DNA of 64,000 nucleotides, taken from Cyanophora paradoxa CCMP329. Taxonomy: Eukaryota > Plantae > Glaucophyta. The DNA lies in the NCBI GenBank assembly GCA_004431415.1, contig QPMI01000022.1:186001-250000 (forward strand), written 5' to 3'. Below are positions 26,401 through 37,980 of the stretch, one piece after another (the first letter of the stretch is position 1; every line of letters starts with the position of its first letter). The position numbers and the translations under genes were made by a program. The notes under the pieces are model-generated. The model did no database searches. It was not told where the DNA came from and saw only the letters and a program-made list of their open reading frames with translations.

Positions 26401-26973
26401 GCGCCGACTCGTTCTCCAACGCCCCGAGCAGGTGAGGGGGGTTGGGGGAGGGAGGGAGGGAGGCGGCGGGCTCAGCGCGCGGAATGAGGGAATGAGGGGG
26501 CGGGGAGGGGAGGGCCCACTCCAGCTCTAAGAATACACCCCGGCCTTGCTTAAAAGCCTCGCCTGGTCTGATCATATGATCTGACGCGGCCCGCTCGGAC
26601 AGCGACGGGGCGAGCGCGAGCGGCTCGCGGGCGCACCTGCGCGCCCCGACGCCCGGCGGCGGCATGCCCCGCTCGGTCTCCGTCGAGAGCGTCGGCCTCG
26701 AGGTTCGGAGCGCCCTTTTTTAAGCTTAACATCAAATCTTACGTGATAAGTCTATAAATTAACATCAAATCTTATATATTAACATCAAATCTTACGTGAT
26801 AAGCTTATAAACTAATTAACATCAAATCTTACGTGATAAGCTTGTAAACTAATTAACATCAAATCTTACGTGATAAGCTTGTAAATCAACCGTGGGCCTC
26901 CGTCCAGATCGGGGGCGGCCCAGGCGAACGCGAGCCCGCCCGCGTCGACAGCCCCGCCTCCCTCGAGGCCTGA
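20453..26973 (+). CDS. Cation/H+ antiporter (CPA2, CHX/KHA1-like) with C-terminal USP-like region, copy 1
   Basis: [111 protein letters not shown]-terminal VLMGW and VDRG..IKRVLLPF.G. TGA at 26971-26973. Confidence 0.9.
21100..21340. repeat. About 120-bp tandem duplication inside a CHX1 intron
   Basis: tatagctctctgc..aatataaac.ttttctatcactccttcacgaa..ccctgcccacccgcggtcct occurs at about 21101 and 21219. Confidence 0.85.
26727..26890. repeat. AT-rich minisatellite (aacatcaaatcttacgtgataagctt..., about 5 copies) in the last CHX1 intron
   Basis: Direct reading; no unique spacers between units. Confidence 0.9.
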
Positions 26974-28233
26974 GGGACCGGTACCCCCAGTTCTATAAAT
27001 AGATTTTATTCCGACCGGTAGGTCCGGATCCGGACCAGCATTTGGGCCCCCCGCTGTGCGGATTTTCGGGATCGTGCCCGCCACTAGTACTCCCCGCCTC
27101 CCGCCCCCTCTTTCGTATTCCGCTTTCCGGTGAACGTTCCTCTTTCGCGTTTCGGCCGGCTGATCAGTACGCAAACCGGTACCCATGACAAGTGGCATAG
27201 AGTAAAAACCTATCCGTATTCTGGTGAGAGCGATTCTCGAGCTTTACCGCGTTTCGGCAATTGCTTAATTTGAATTGAGATCTCTCGAGCCATCTTTTCT
27301 TAAACATTTTCTCTCTTCGGCAGTCGCAGTCAGCGGAACAGAATCAGAGTCCGAAGCTCTTTATTGTCCCAATTTGCAGCCGCTGCTCCGCAAGACTTAT
27401 CGATCTGCACGAGTGGTACGGTCCTACTTGGCTACTGGAGGCCCCATGCCAAAATTTTAGCTCTCGCGATCGGAATCACTCATGATCATATGCATGATCA
27501 ACTTATAATTAGTCACTGACTGGGGCCTTGAGCTCCGCCGGAATGCCGCCTGCACGCGCACGGGGCTCGACAAAACACTGCGGCAATCCGCGCGGGCTCT
27601 CATATGCATGATTCGATGCATCTGGGCTATGACGACCTCCCCCACCCCTCCTCCCCCCCCGGCCGCAGCCTGGCAGGCCCTGAGGCTCTCGCCGAGGCAC
27701 TTGGCGGGCGCTTTCTTCCACACTGTGTGACATACATGACGATATGATTATATATAACTCGTACTGTGTCAATATTAATGTTTACTAGTCAACTAGGTAC
27801 GGATATATATATAAGTTCCTGGTTTAAACGTTTTTAATAGTTTATATAATAGCTGATGTCAAATACGTAGTGTAAGGATCCGCTGCCGGAGGGCTGGCGG
27901 GCCGAAACGGGGGAGGTGGGGCCAGGGCTGAAGCAGCGGGGAACGGAGGACGGGCGAGGCGGGGAGGAGGGGCCGGCCGGGGGCGGGGGTGGGGGTGGGG
28001 GGGAGGGGAGGGGGGTGGGGAAAGAGAAGGAGTGGAGGGTTGTGAGAAGAGGGGGGGGAGGGGGGGGCGGGGGCGGGGAGGGGGGGAGAGGAGGGTCACG
28101 ATCAGGAAAAGAAAGCATCTCCTAAGCATCGATCGCGAGATGGAGATCCCTAAGCATCTCCTAAGGGGAGAAGAGAGAGGGGGCAGGGGGAGGGGGGGGG
28201 AGGGGGGTCGCGATCAGGAAAAGAAAGCATCTC

Positions 28234-31200
28234 CTAAGCATCGATCGCGAGATCGAGATCGAGGGATGCGGGGGCGTGGACGCGGTCTGGCCCGCGACCG
28301 GAGCAGGAACCGGCGGGCCCGCCCCCGCCCCCGGCATCGAAATCAAGGCCCACGCTCTCCACCGAGACCGAGCGGCGCACCCCGCTGCCCCCTCCGCCGT
28401 GTTCCCGCGAGTCGATCGCGCCCGAGCCCGCGCTCGCGCCGTCGGCGCCGTCGCTGCTGCTGGGGGCGTTCGGTAAAACGTCGGCCACCGTATCCGCTGC
28501 TGCTACATCTGCGTCCCACCCGTCGCTGTCCACCTCCGCCCCAGGCACCGACACGCGGGGCGGTTCGGGGTCCGGCGCCGCTGACGTAGACCCCGCCCCC
28601 GCCCCCGCCCCCGCCGCCGCAGCTAGAGGCCTAGGCCCGGGCCCGCGCACGTGCGCGCGGTCCACCGAGTCCGCCTCAGCCGCCTCCTCGCGCCGGCGCC
28701 GGCGCCACTCAGCTGCAGCCGGGTCGACGAGAGACTCCCGGCTGACCTGAGGAAGGCCTGAGTTAAGGAACAGGAAGACTTGCATTTAGAAAGGCTAGGA
28801 GGGAGGAGAAAGAGGAATTAGTAAGAGGGTCCGAGGAGACCAATGCGACCACAGCTAAGACCATGGCCATATGCGTGCTTATGTGAGGATGAAAGCTGAG
28901 ATTAAGCTAATTAATCTAAGCGTAGCTTAGATTGAATCTTGGCCGGGATCTATAGCTAGATCTAGGGGCCAAACGAGGCGGGATCAAATTCAACGGACCG
29001 AGCTGGTCATTGAAATCCCGAACGCGTGCTCCGGATCCGGATTCCTCGATCGCGAGGCGCGGGCACGGGCGCCCGCCGACTCGCCGGCCTCCGCCTCCGC
29101 CTCCGCGTCGGCGCCGGGCGCGCGGGCGTGGACGACGAGGACGCTCAGCTGCGTCCCCCGCACGAACCGCTCCACGTCCAGCTCCCGGGCGTCGACTGGG
29201 CAGAGCGGGCGAGCGCGGCGTTGATAAACGAAGAGGGCGGCTCTAAGTAAATAATTAAGAAAACACGTGCACGTTGACTCGAAGCTGCAAGCGAAAACTA
29301 GAAGGGACGCAGTAAAAGGGCCCCCAATATCTAGATTAGGTCCGGAGGTTCGGTACCTGTCACGCCTTCGTGGAGGGCGAAGCGGACGCGGCGGATCCGG
29401 AGAGGCGGGCGCATGGAGGGCGGGGGCGAGTCCCGCGGGGCCGGCACGATCGCGAGGTCGTACCCCTTCACCGACTCCTCGATCGCGAGCTGCGACGCGC
29501 TCAGAGTGCGGAGATCGAGGATTCGATTGGCATGTTCGGTTATTTAGAGGCTTAAGCTTCCCGGAGCCGGGAGGACGTCGGGGAGGTCGAGGGCGACTAT
29601 GAGAAATCCTATGAGAAATCCTATAAGAATCTATAAGAATCTATAAGAATCTATGAGAAGCTTCTTAAAGCCCTCAGGAGCTTTTTTTATGTGTTCGGCG
29701 CACGTCGGTGAGGTCGAGGGCGACGCGGCGGAGGAACTGGAAGCGCGCGGAGCACTTCTTCTTCACAAGCTGCTCCTCCTCCATCTGCGACGGGGCGGAG
29801 TGCACGTGAGGTCGAGCGGGGCGCAGACGGATGAACGGACCTGCGGCCGCGGGTCCTCGCTGCTGTGCACCAGCTGCGTGCGGGAGCAAAGTTCGATTGC
29901 AAGCGACAATCGAAACAAAGCGGATCCGGGCGGGTTCGAGCCTGGAGGAGGTAGACGGTGACGCCGGGGGTGCGGGCGAGGAGGCGCGCCGTCTTGACGG
30001 TCCCCGAGCCGACGAGGCCCGAGGCCGGGCCGTGAAACGGGAGGACGACACGCCTGACGGAGAGGCCCACTTCGCGGTCGATCTGCGGGCGGCGGCGGTT
30101 GAGCCAATGAACATTAATGGAGACGGAAAGGGCTTCCAGAGCTAATTGCTAGACTCCAAATGAAAAAGGCTTCCAAAGCTACATGTACATGTAAAAAGCT
30201 TCCACAGGTCAGCAGCGGCTGCTAATGAGCTTATGGTAATCAGCTTAGAACGGAAATCCAGATTAAAATTAGCTAAAGCTTAGCTAAGCTTCTGATTATA
30301 AAAAGAGCATCCTTATATAATATAATTATTAGCTTGGACTGGAAACTAAAGCCAGATCTAGCTATAGAAGCGCACGAGGACGCCGAGGTTGGACTTGACG
30401 GAGGCGAGGAGGTCGCGGGTCGTCTGCGTCGCGAAGACGGCGCGGCCCTCCGCCCCGGGGCCCGCCAGCAGGTTCCCCGCCGACCACCCCATCAGCACGC
30501 TGCCAACTGTCGTTCAGGGAGAGGGGGAAGGGGGAGGGCGGGGGTAGACAGAGAGAAAGCGCACAAGGCGGAGTCGCGGGCCTTGGCCTGGTGGGCGATG
30601 TCGACGGCCGCATCGCTCGTGTTCACCGTCTCGACCTGCGGCGTGCGCGAAGCTTAAGCCTTCTTGCACTCTTCTTCTTTATCTTTTTATAATTATATTG
30701 GTGGCCAGGGTCAAGTAATAAGCAGTGAATTTCTTCGGGCGCACGTCGTACTTGAGGCGGAGGATCCTGGCGCGCTCCACGATCGTGGCAATGCGGGGGT
30801 TGAAGGCCGCGGGCCCCTCCTTCAGCACCGCGTGCAGGTCGTGCTGCAGAAGAAAGAAAGAAGGCAGAAGACAGATGAGAAGACGGCTGCGCGTGACGTG
30901 TGTAAGCGGGCGGGCACCATGTAGGAGGAGGGCCTGTCGGAGATGTCGACGAGGTGGAGCAGCGTGTACGTCGCCCCCCCCTTGAAGTACGACCCCAGCG
31001 CGTGCGCTGCGGCACGGAGCCTGAGAGGGCGGGCGGCAGACGGAGGGGGCCTGGTCTCACCGACGGTGACGAGGCCGGTCTGGGCGGGGTTGTCGATGGC
31101 GACGAGGACGTGGAAGGCGCCGTCGGGCGACTCCACCAGCGCCTTGTTCCGCAGCGTCCGCATCACCTGCGAACGAAGGGCGCGGGGGAAGGCGAGGCGA

Positions 31201-34200
31201 GGCGAGCGTCAGGACGGCCGAGCAGGGTTGGATCGGATTAGATCAGCGAAGAACGAAGCGAGGGGCGCTTCAGCGTTGGGGGCCGGATCCGGAGGGCGCC
31301 GCTTAAGGCCTAGGCCGAGGGCGGGGGGCGGGGGGGCACCTTCTCGACGGGGTAGATGAGGCGGACGATGGGCGCGGTGGCGAAGGTCGAGACGAGGGCC
31401 ATCACGACGAGCGCCGCGAACAGCGTGTCGTTCAGGATCTGCGCGCGCCCGGCCCGGTCTTCAATTTAGAACGAAGAGGTGAATTCTCGATGGAGGTATT
31501 TAAGCTTTGAGCTTAGCGCCGAGCGTTGGTGAAGGTTCAGCTAAGCTTATAAATAGCGCAGCGTGCGTACGCCGGCGTCGTGGCCGATGTTGAGAACAAT
31601 TAGGCCGACGAGGCCGCGCGTGTTCATGAGGACGCCCAGCGTGAGGGACTCCCGCCACGAGAGGCCGCACATCCGCCCCGACGCCAGCCCGCCCAGCACC
31701 TGCCGCACGAACGAACGTGAGCGTTGAATCGTGGCAGTCATACTATAAATATAACTGTCTCCAACGATCGATACACGCGCCTTGCTGACGCAAGCGATAA
31801 AGAGCACGAGCACAGCAACGCCAAAGGCCGACTCTGCTCCAGAGTCAGCGCCGGGAAGCATGGGCCGGGGACCCCGCTCCGCCGAGGCCAACCGTTGCTG
31901 AGGAGTCCCAGGTCCGTCTGGCCGCGGGGCCAGCGTCAAAGCTAAAGGTCAGATTTCGAGGAATCGTTGAGGCGAATGGAGGGAATGCGGGGACACTCAT
32001 GAAGCACGGACGTACCTTGAGGCCGGTGGCAACGAAGTAGAGCGGCAGCAGGAAGCACACCGTCAGCTGCACCGGCGCCGCCCGTCAGATCGGCGGGGGC
32101 CGGCGCGAGGAGAAGAGAAGAGGGGCGGGGCCGGGGGCGGCGCACGTCCTCGATCTTCTCGGTGAAGTGCTCCATCAGGTGCCGGTCCTCCTTCGGGAAG
32201 ACTGCGCGAGCGGGGGGCGCTCAGGCAGAGAGAGGGGGGGGAGGGGGGGGAGTGGGGGGTACGCACTGGCGCCGAAGGTGAAGGCGCCGAAGAGGCCGTG
32301 GATCCCTGCGGGGGGGGGGTACAGTCGGCTTTTGGAAGCCAGGAGGCCGAGGCGAGGGTATGGGGGAAGGGGGGGGGTACTCACCGATCGCCTCGGTGGC
32401 CCTGCGCGCGGGGGAGAGGCCGCGTCAGCCGCAGCGCAAGGGGGGGGAGAGGAAGGGAAGCGGGGCGGGGCGAGGCGCGCCATGAGCTCGCGAAGATGCA
32501 GGCCAAGATGCCCGTCGCCACCGGCTGCGAAGAGGGGAAGGGATGAGTTGGGGAATGGAGAGGAGGGAAAGATCTAAAGGGGGAAAGGGAGGGGGGGGTA
32601 CCTGGGAGATGTGGAGCCCGCTGATGCGCTTGGCGATGAAGTTCTGCGGGGTTGTACGGGCGGACGGGCGTTGGACGGATACCGAACGGGGCAGGGGGGG
32701 GGGAGGGGGGCCAGGTGGAGGGGGTACAGGCGCACGAGGAGAGGCCGCACGATGACGAACATGCCCTGCGGGAGCACCGGTGAGGGAGAGGGCGGGTAGG
32801 CGCCCCAGGGGGGGTCGGGAGAGGGGGGGGGGGGGGGGGGGCGGGCGGTACGCGTACCGCCATGAAACCAGACTGAGAAAAGGGCAGCAAGGCAAGTCGT
32901 TTGGACGGAAGGAAAGCCCGGGGAGGAGGGGGCGGGGGGGGAGGGGGAGGGGTACGCGGCGCCGCCCGCACCGTCTCGAGGGTAATCCAGAGCGCGGTGA
33001 GCGGGTTACCCCCCGAAGACGCGATCGAAACGCTGTCGGGACCCCTTTCGTAAGGGTACGGCGATGATTCACGGGGGGTACGGCTTCACACGCACGCGAA
33101 CGCGAGGATGATCCAGCCGATGACGTCATTGGCGGCGGCGGCCGCGAGCGTAACGACGCCCACGCTGCCGGGGGGGGGGGGGGGGGGGGGGGCGAGCTCA
33201 AGGGCGGGTACGCGGGCACGAGCGGTCGCCCATATGAGCGGACCGCGTGGTGATGAGCTTGCCCTCGGCGATGATTCGGGCGAGCACGGGGAAGGCCGTG
33301 ATGCTGCGGGGGGCGGGGGGCATGCTAAGCGAATTTTAAGCTGAGCTGAGGGGGAGCTTTAATAGCTTTTTAATAGCTTTTTAATAGCGGAGGGCAAGCT
33401 AAGCGAAGCGGAGGGGATATATTATTAGCTGCGGGCGGCGCGCGCGCGTCATCGAGACTCCGACGAAGAGAACGAAGGACTGGAATGGAACTTTGCTCTG
33501 GTTCTCGTGCAGGTACGGGCTGTATGTAAGCTGAGCGAGGGCGAGGGCGAGGGCGGCGGGGGCGGAGGCGGCGGGGACGGCGGAGAAGCTGAGGCGGGGC
33601 GCACCTGACGGGGCGGGGCGATCATGAGCGAGGGCGGAGGCGGAGGTGGCGGAGGCTTCGGGGCGCACCTGATGGCGGCGCCGAGAGCGAAGGGGAGGGC
33701 GATGCAGGTGACGGAGATGACGAGCGCCTTGTTCCGCTGCGCCTTGAACCTGTCCCGCGGAGCGGCGTCACGCGAGGCGCGGGGGGCGGGGCGGGGGCGG
33801 GGGCGGAGGCGGAGGCTAAGGCGCGTGCATCTTGGGGTTCAGCTCGAGGCCGATGAGGAACATGAAGAGGAGCAGCCCGACGTCCGCGAACTCCTGCGAA
33901 CGAAGTGAGGGGCGCTGGCGCGGGCGGCCGGCCATTGAGAGCAGCGCTTTGCAGTGATCGGTGCCCACCTGCAGTATTTCTCGACTCAGCGGCGGGAATA
34001 TGTGCTCCGAGAAGCCAGGGATGCGCCCGAGCGCAGTCGGGCCTGCGAAGATTAGATCCGCGCTGTAGCTACGAACGCTCGAGCGAGGCCGCGGCGGGTC
34101 GCACCGAGCATGAGCCCGGATATGATCTCGGCAATTACCATCGGCCTGAGAGCGCGTGCGTCAGCGGCGCGCTTCTCCCGCGCCTTTGAGCACAGCGACG

Positions 34201-34538
34201 TCGACATCGACGCACTGGCTCATCCATCGCCTGGCAGCGTAGCCCAGCGAACGACTTAGAAACAAGATGATGAGGACTGAGCGCGTCCAAGTCAGGGCCA
34301 CGCGCGGCAATGCCAGCGCGCGCGCGGGGGCGGCGCTCACTCTGGATAAGTAATCGGGCCAGGTTCGTGCTGTTGCGACGCGTTAACGTTAGCCGCGGAT
34401 CTGCAACCGCAATCTCAGGGGAAGTCTGGCGCACGCGAGCGGGCCCTGCAGCTGGAGTCCGAATCAGCGAAGGATCCGGAGAAACGAGCGAAGCGGGCAG
34501 CGCACCGTCTCGCCGGCGGCCCCGCCGCCTTCGCTCAT
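28234..34538 (-). CDS. Cation/H+ antiporter (CHX/KHA1-like), copy 2, an inverted paralog of copy 1
   Basis: Same exon series on the minus strand ([76 protein letters not shown]). The last exon ends at 28234; an alternative end near 27834 is possible. Confidence 0.88.
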
Positions 34539-34873
34539 TGCAGCGGCCGATGGCAGGCGCGGCGAGCGTTAGTGGCCCGTGGTGTGCAAGCGGTAATACA
34601 TGTACCCCTTGGCAGTTCTGGCAATCTGGCAGTTCGAAATTCGAATTCAGGGCACTTGCCACTCTCCGGATACTCGTTGCTCGCGGTCGTTCTCGCATAA
34701 TCAGCTCAGTGAACACTCGCGCGTTTGCGCGTCACCCCCCCTCCCAGGCCCCAGGAGTAGATCTATCGCTATCAGGTCCGGCTCCGGGCGCGCGATTTCG
34801 AGTGCATTGTACATCCTGCATGCAGCTGCTCTACAGAAAGGGCGAACGCATACACGGGGCCCGCCCGGGCGCG

Positions 34874-37711
34874 CTAGTCGTCCGTCCGAGGCCCGCGGCG
34901 GCTCTTCTGCCCATCCCTCCGCTTCGTCTTCGTGTTCTTCTTGTTCTGCGATTCCCGCTTGGAGAGCTGAGGTGGGGGGAGAAGAGAGCGGCGCCGGCGT
35001 CGTCAGACAGAGGCGAGCGGAAGAGGGGCGGCGGCGAGCGATCGCGCACCCCGCGGAGGGTCTTCTGCTTCAGCTCGTCGCGGGACATGGGCCGTTCCTC
35101 CTCCTCCTCGTCGCTCTCCTCGTCCGACTCGTAGTCGTCCCTTTGGGAGAAAGGCGTTCGGAGAGAGAAATGGAGGGGAGGAAGGAAGCGGCGGCGCGCA
35201 CCCCGTGGAGGGGGGGTTGATGGCGAGCGATGCGGAGGCGCCGCCCGGGGAGAGGGAGCCGGCGGGCGGGCCCGCCGGGGCCGGCGCCTGCCTCATGTCC
35301 TCGCGCACCGTCGCGACGGCGACGCTCGCGGCGCCGAGGAGCACGCTGGGGCGGTCGGCCGGGAGCGACCCGCCGTCCTGCGCCACCTGCGCGCGCGTGA
35401 GCCCTCGCGCGCGGGCGCGGACGCGGTCTACTACACCGGCGGCGGGGGAGAGCACAGCGCAGCGCAGCGCGGCGCAGCCCCCTCTAGTGGCCCAGCCCAG
35501 CCCAGCCTAGACCAGCAGCCTAAGCCTCCTCTAGCTAGCTCAGCCCAGCCTAGACTTGCCCATCCCAGCGCAGCCCCCTCTAGCCTAACCTAGACTAGCC
35601 CAGCCCAGCCTCCCTTAGGCTCAGCTCCGCTCGCTCGCACCTGGTAGAGCTGGAGGAGCTCGTTGACGCGGCCCTCGATGATGCCGAGGTACTGCATCAT
35701 GTTCGACTCGGTCACGCCGTTCGTCCCCAGCATCTCCGACACCGCGCTCGAGCTGCACCCGATCTTCGTGAAGATGCCCTGCGCGCGCGCGGCGCTAAGA
35801 GTGAGAAGAGGGGCGGAGGAGAAGAAGAAGACCACAAGGGCGCGCCTGGATGCCGGTTTTGAGGTTGTTGATGGTGCGCATGGCCTGCACGTGCTTCTCC
35901 TCGTACTGCTCCGCCTTGGCCTCCGTCCGAGCCAGCCGCTCCTCCAGGTCCTAAGGGGAGGGGCGAGGGGCGGGTTCAGATGAGGCGCAGGGCAGGGCAA
36001 AGGCAGCGGGCGGCGCCCGCCCGCCCGTACCTTGAGGATGCGCTTTCGCTGGATGTCGGTAGAGACGCCCTGGCCCTTGAAGCGGTCGATCTCGCCCCGG
36101 ATCTCCCCGATCTGCTCCTCCAGCTTCTCGATCTCGTTGTTCAGCTCGTTCACGTAGTTGAACAGCGAGAAGTTCTGCGGGGGAAGGGAGGAGGGGGGGG
36201 GCGGGTCAGCCTTCCACCACCCCCTACCCCCCTCCCTCCCTCCTGACCTGGTCCTCGGCGTTGATGAAGGTCGTCACCAGCTCGTCGATGTCCGCGATGC
36301 CCGTCGCCGCCTGCCCGAGGACCGCTGAGCCAAGCGGGGCGGCTAGCTAGCTTGGCGGCTGGCCCGGGGGGTTCGGGGGGTACCTGGATCTTCGCGAACG
36401 CCTCCTCGTAGGACTGGACCTTCTCGAGCGACACGTGCTGCGACGCCTTGTCCTTCGCGATGCCCCAGTTCCCTGCCCGGTACCCGGCGTGAGCGACCGG
36501 TACCCCCCGCCCGCCCGCGCCCCCGCCCGCTTCGTTCGCTCGCACCTTTGATGACCTTCTTGCGGAGCTTGGCCTCCTCCTCCAGCGACATCTCCCCCCG
36601 CGTCGCCTCCTTGCTCTCCTGGGGTACGGGAGTGAGGGGAGGGGTACAGGGAATGCGGTGCGGGGAGGAGTACGTGCGCGGCGCGGACCTTGACGCGCAT
36701 GAGGTCCTTCATCTTCTTCTCCTGCTCCTGCTCGATCAGGCGGCCGAGCTCCTTCCACTCCTGCTCGAACGCGAGCTGCTCCTTGTCCGCCTGCGCCTTC
36801 AGCGCCGCCATCTCGTTCTGCGCCTGGTCCCTGCGCCCTTCCTTAAGAAAGGAAGAGCAAAGGAAAGGAAAGGAGAAAGGGAAGAAGACGGACCGGGCCT
36901 CGTACGCGATGTTCGATATTTCGATGATGTTCGCCATCTCCTTCTTCTTCTCGTGGAGCTCCCGCTCGAGCTTCTTGTAGATGCCGTCGAAGACGACGCG
37001 CTCCCGCCTCAGGTTGTCGATCGTCTCCCGCAGCGCCTTGTTCTGCGCCAGCGCCTCGTTGAACTTGACGAGCGCCTGCTTGCGCCGGGCCCGTCGGTCA
37101 GCTTCTTCCTTCCTTACGGCGGGGGCGGGCGCCTGCGCGGCGCGGCGGGGCGCGGCGGGGGAAGCTAGGCGGCCGGTGCGGGAACGCGCCTTGTCTAGCC
37201 TGTTCTCTAGGATGCGGATCTGCTTGCTGATCTGCGCGTTGTTCTCCTTCGCGGCGTTGACTCCGCCCATGTTCTGCCGCTGCAGGAGGATCTTGGACTG
37301 CATGACTTTGATCTGCTTGTCCAGCTCCTCAATGCGCCGCTTCTCCAGCTCTATCTTCCTCGTGTACGTGTCTGCGTGGTCCTGCGCTCCGCGTGTTAGC
37401 TGGAGGGCGCCCAACCGCGGGGCGGACCCTCCGGCAGTTCAGAAGCGCGAGGGCCCGCACCTGGAGCTTAGCTATCTGTCCCGAGACTGCCAGCGTGTTG
37501 CTGGTTATCGCGTTCCTCGACTCCATGTCTATTTCTCGCCTGAGCTCCGCGTTCTCTCGCTGAGTGCGCAAGAGCGCATCCCTGCGCAGGCATGGAGGCC
37601 GGATCAGAGCGCGACGGCGTCCCCGCCGGCGGCGGCCGGCAAGCCGGGCGCAGCGGCGGCCCCGGGCAGGCAGAAGCGCCGCGCTGTTCCGCACCTGTTC
37701 CTGGAGTCCAT
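34874..37711 (-). CDS. ODA1: Outer dynein arm docking complex subunit DC2 (ODA1 / CCDC114-CCDC63 family)
   Basis: QIRILENRLDKALVKFNEALAQNKALRETIDNLRRERVVFD, ALKAQADKEQ..FE.EW, VQSYEEAFAKIQ.ATGI.DIDELV..FI.AEDQNFSLFNYVNE, GVTESNMMQYLGIIE.RVNELL. TAG at 34874. Confidence 0.92.
35485..35612. repeat. Degenerate CCCAG/CCTAG repeats in an ODA1 intron
   Basis: cccagcccagcctag-like units repeated several times. Confidence 0.7.
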
Positions 37712-37980
37712 GGCTGTGCAGCGGGCCTGCCAGATGCGCCGGCTTCCGTGGCAGCTAAAAGTGTGACCGGTTTGTGGGGGTACGTAATAATTTAAAAAAG
37801 CTATCGATTCGCGGCCCGCGGGCGTACAGACCCGCCCGTGGTCTCTTTTGGTGCTAGCTAGCTCACTAGATAGCTGTCTCCGTCGCTTAGACCCGATGCG
37901 TCCGCCACCTTGGCAAGGACCAGCAGCTTAGCTACGTGCGGTCCCGCACTCAAACGAGCCTGTCTTAGGTAGCCGGCGCC

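Noticed and set aside
26727-26890. CRISPR-like appearance of ~37-bp repeats (also 14106-14190)
   Set aside because: Head-to-tail minisatellite without unique spacers, in an intronic eukaryotic context, with no cas genes.
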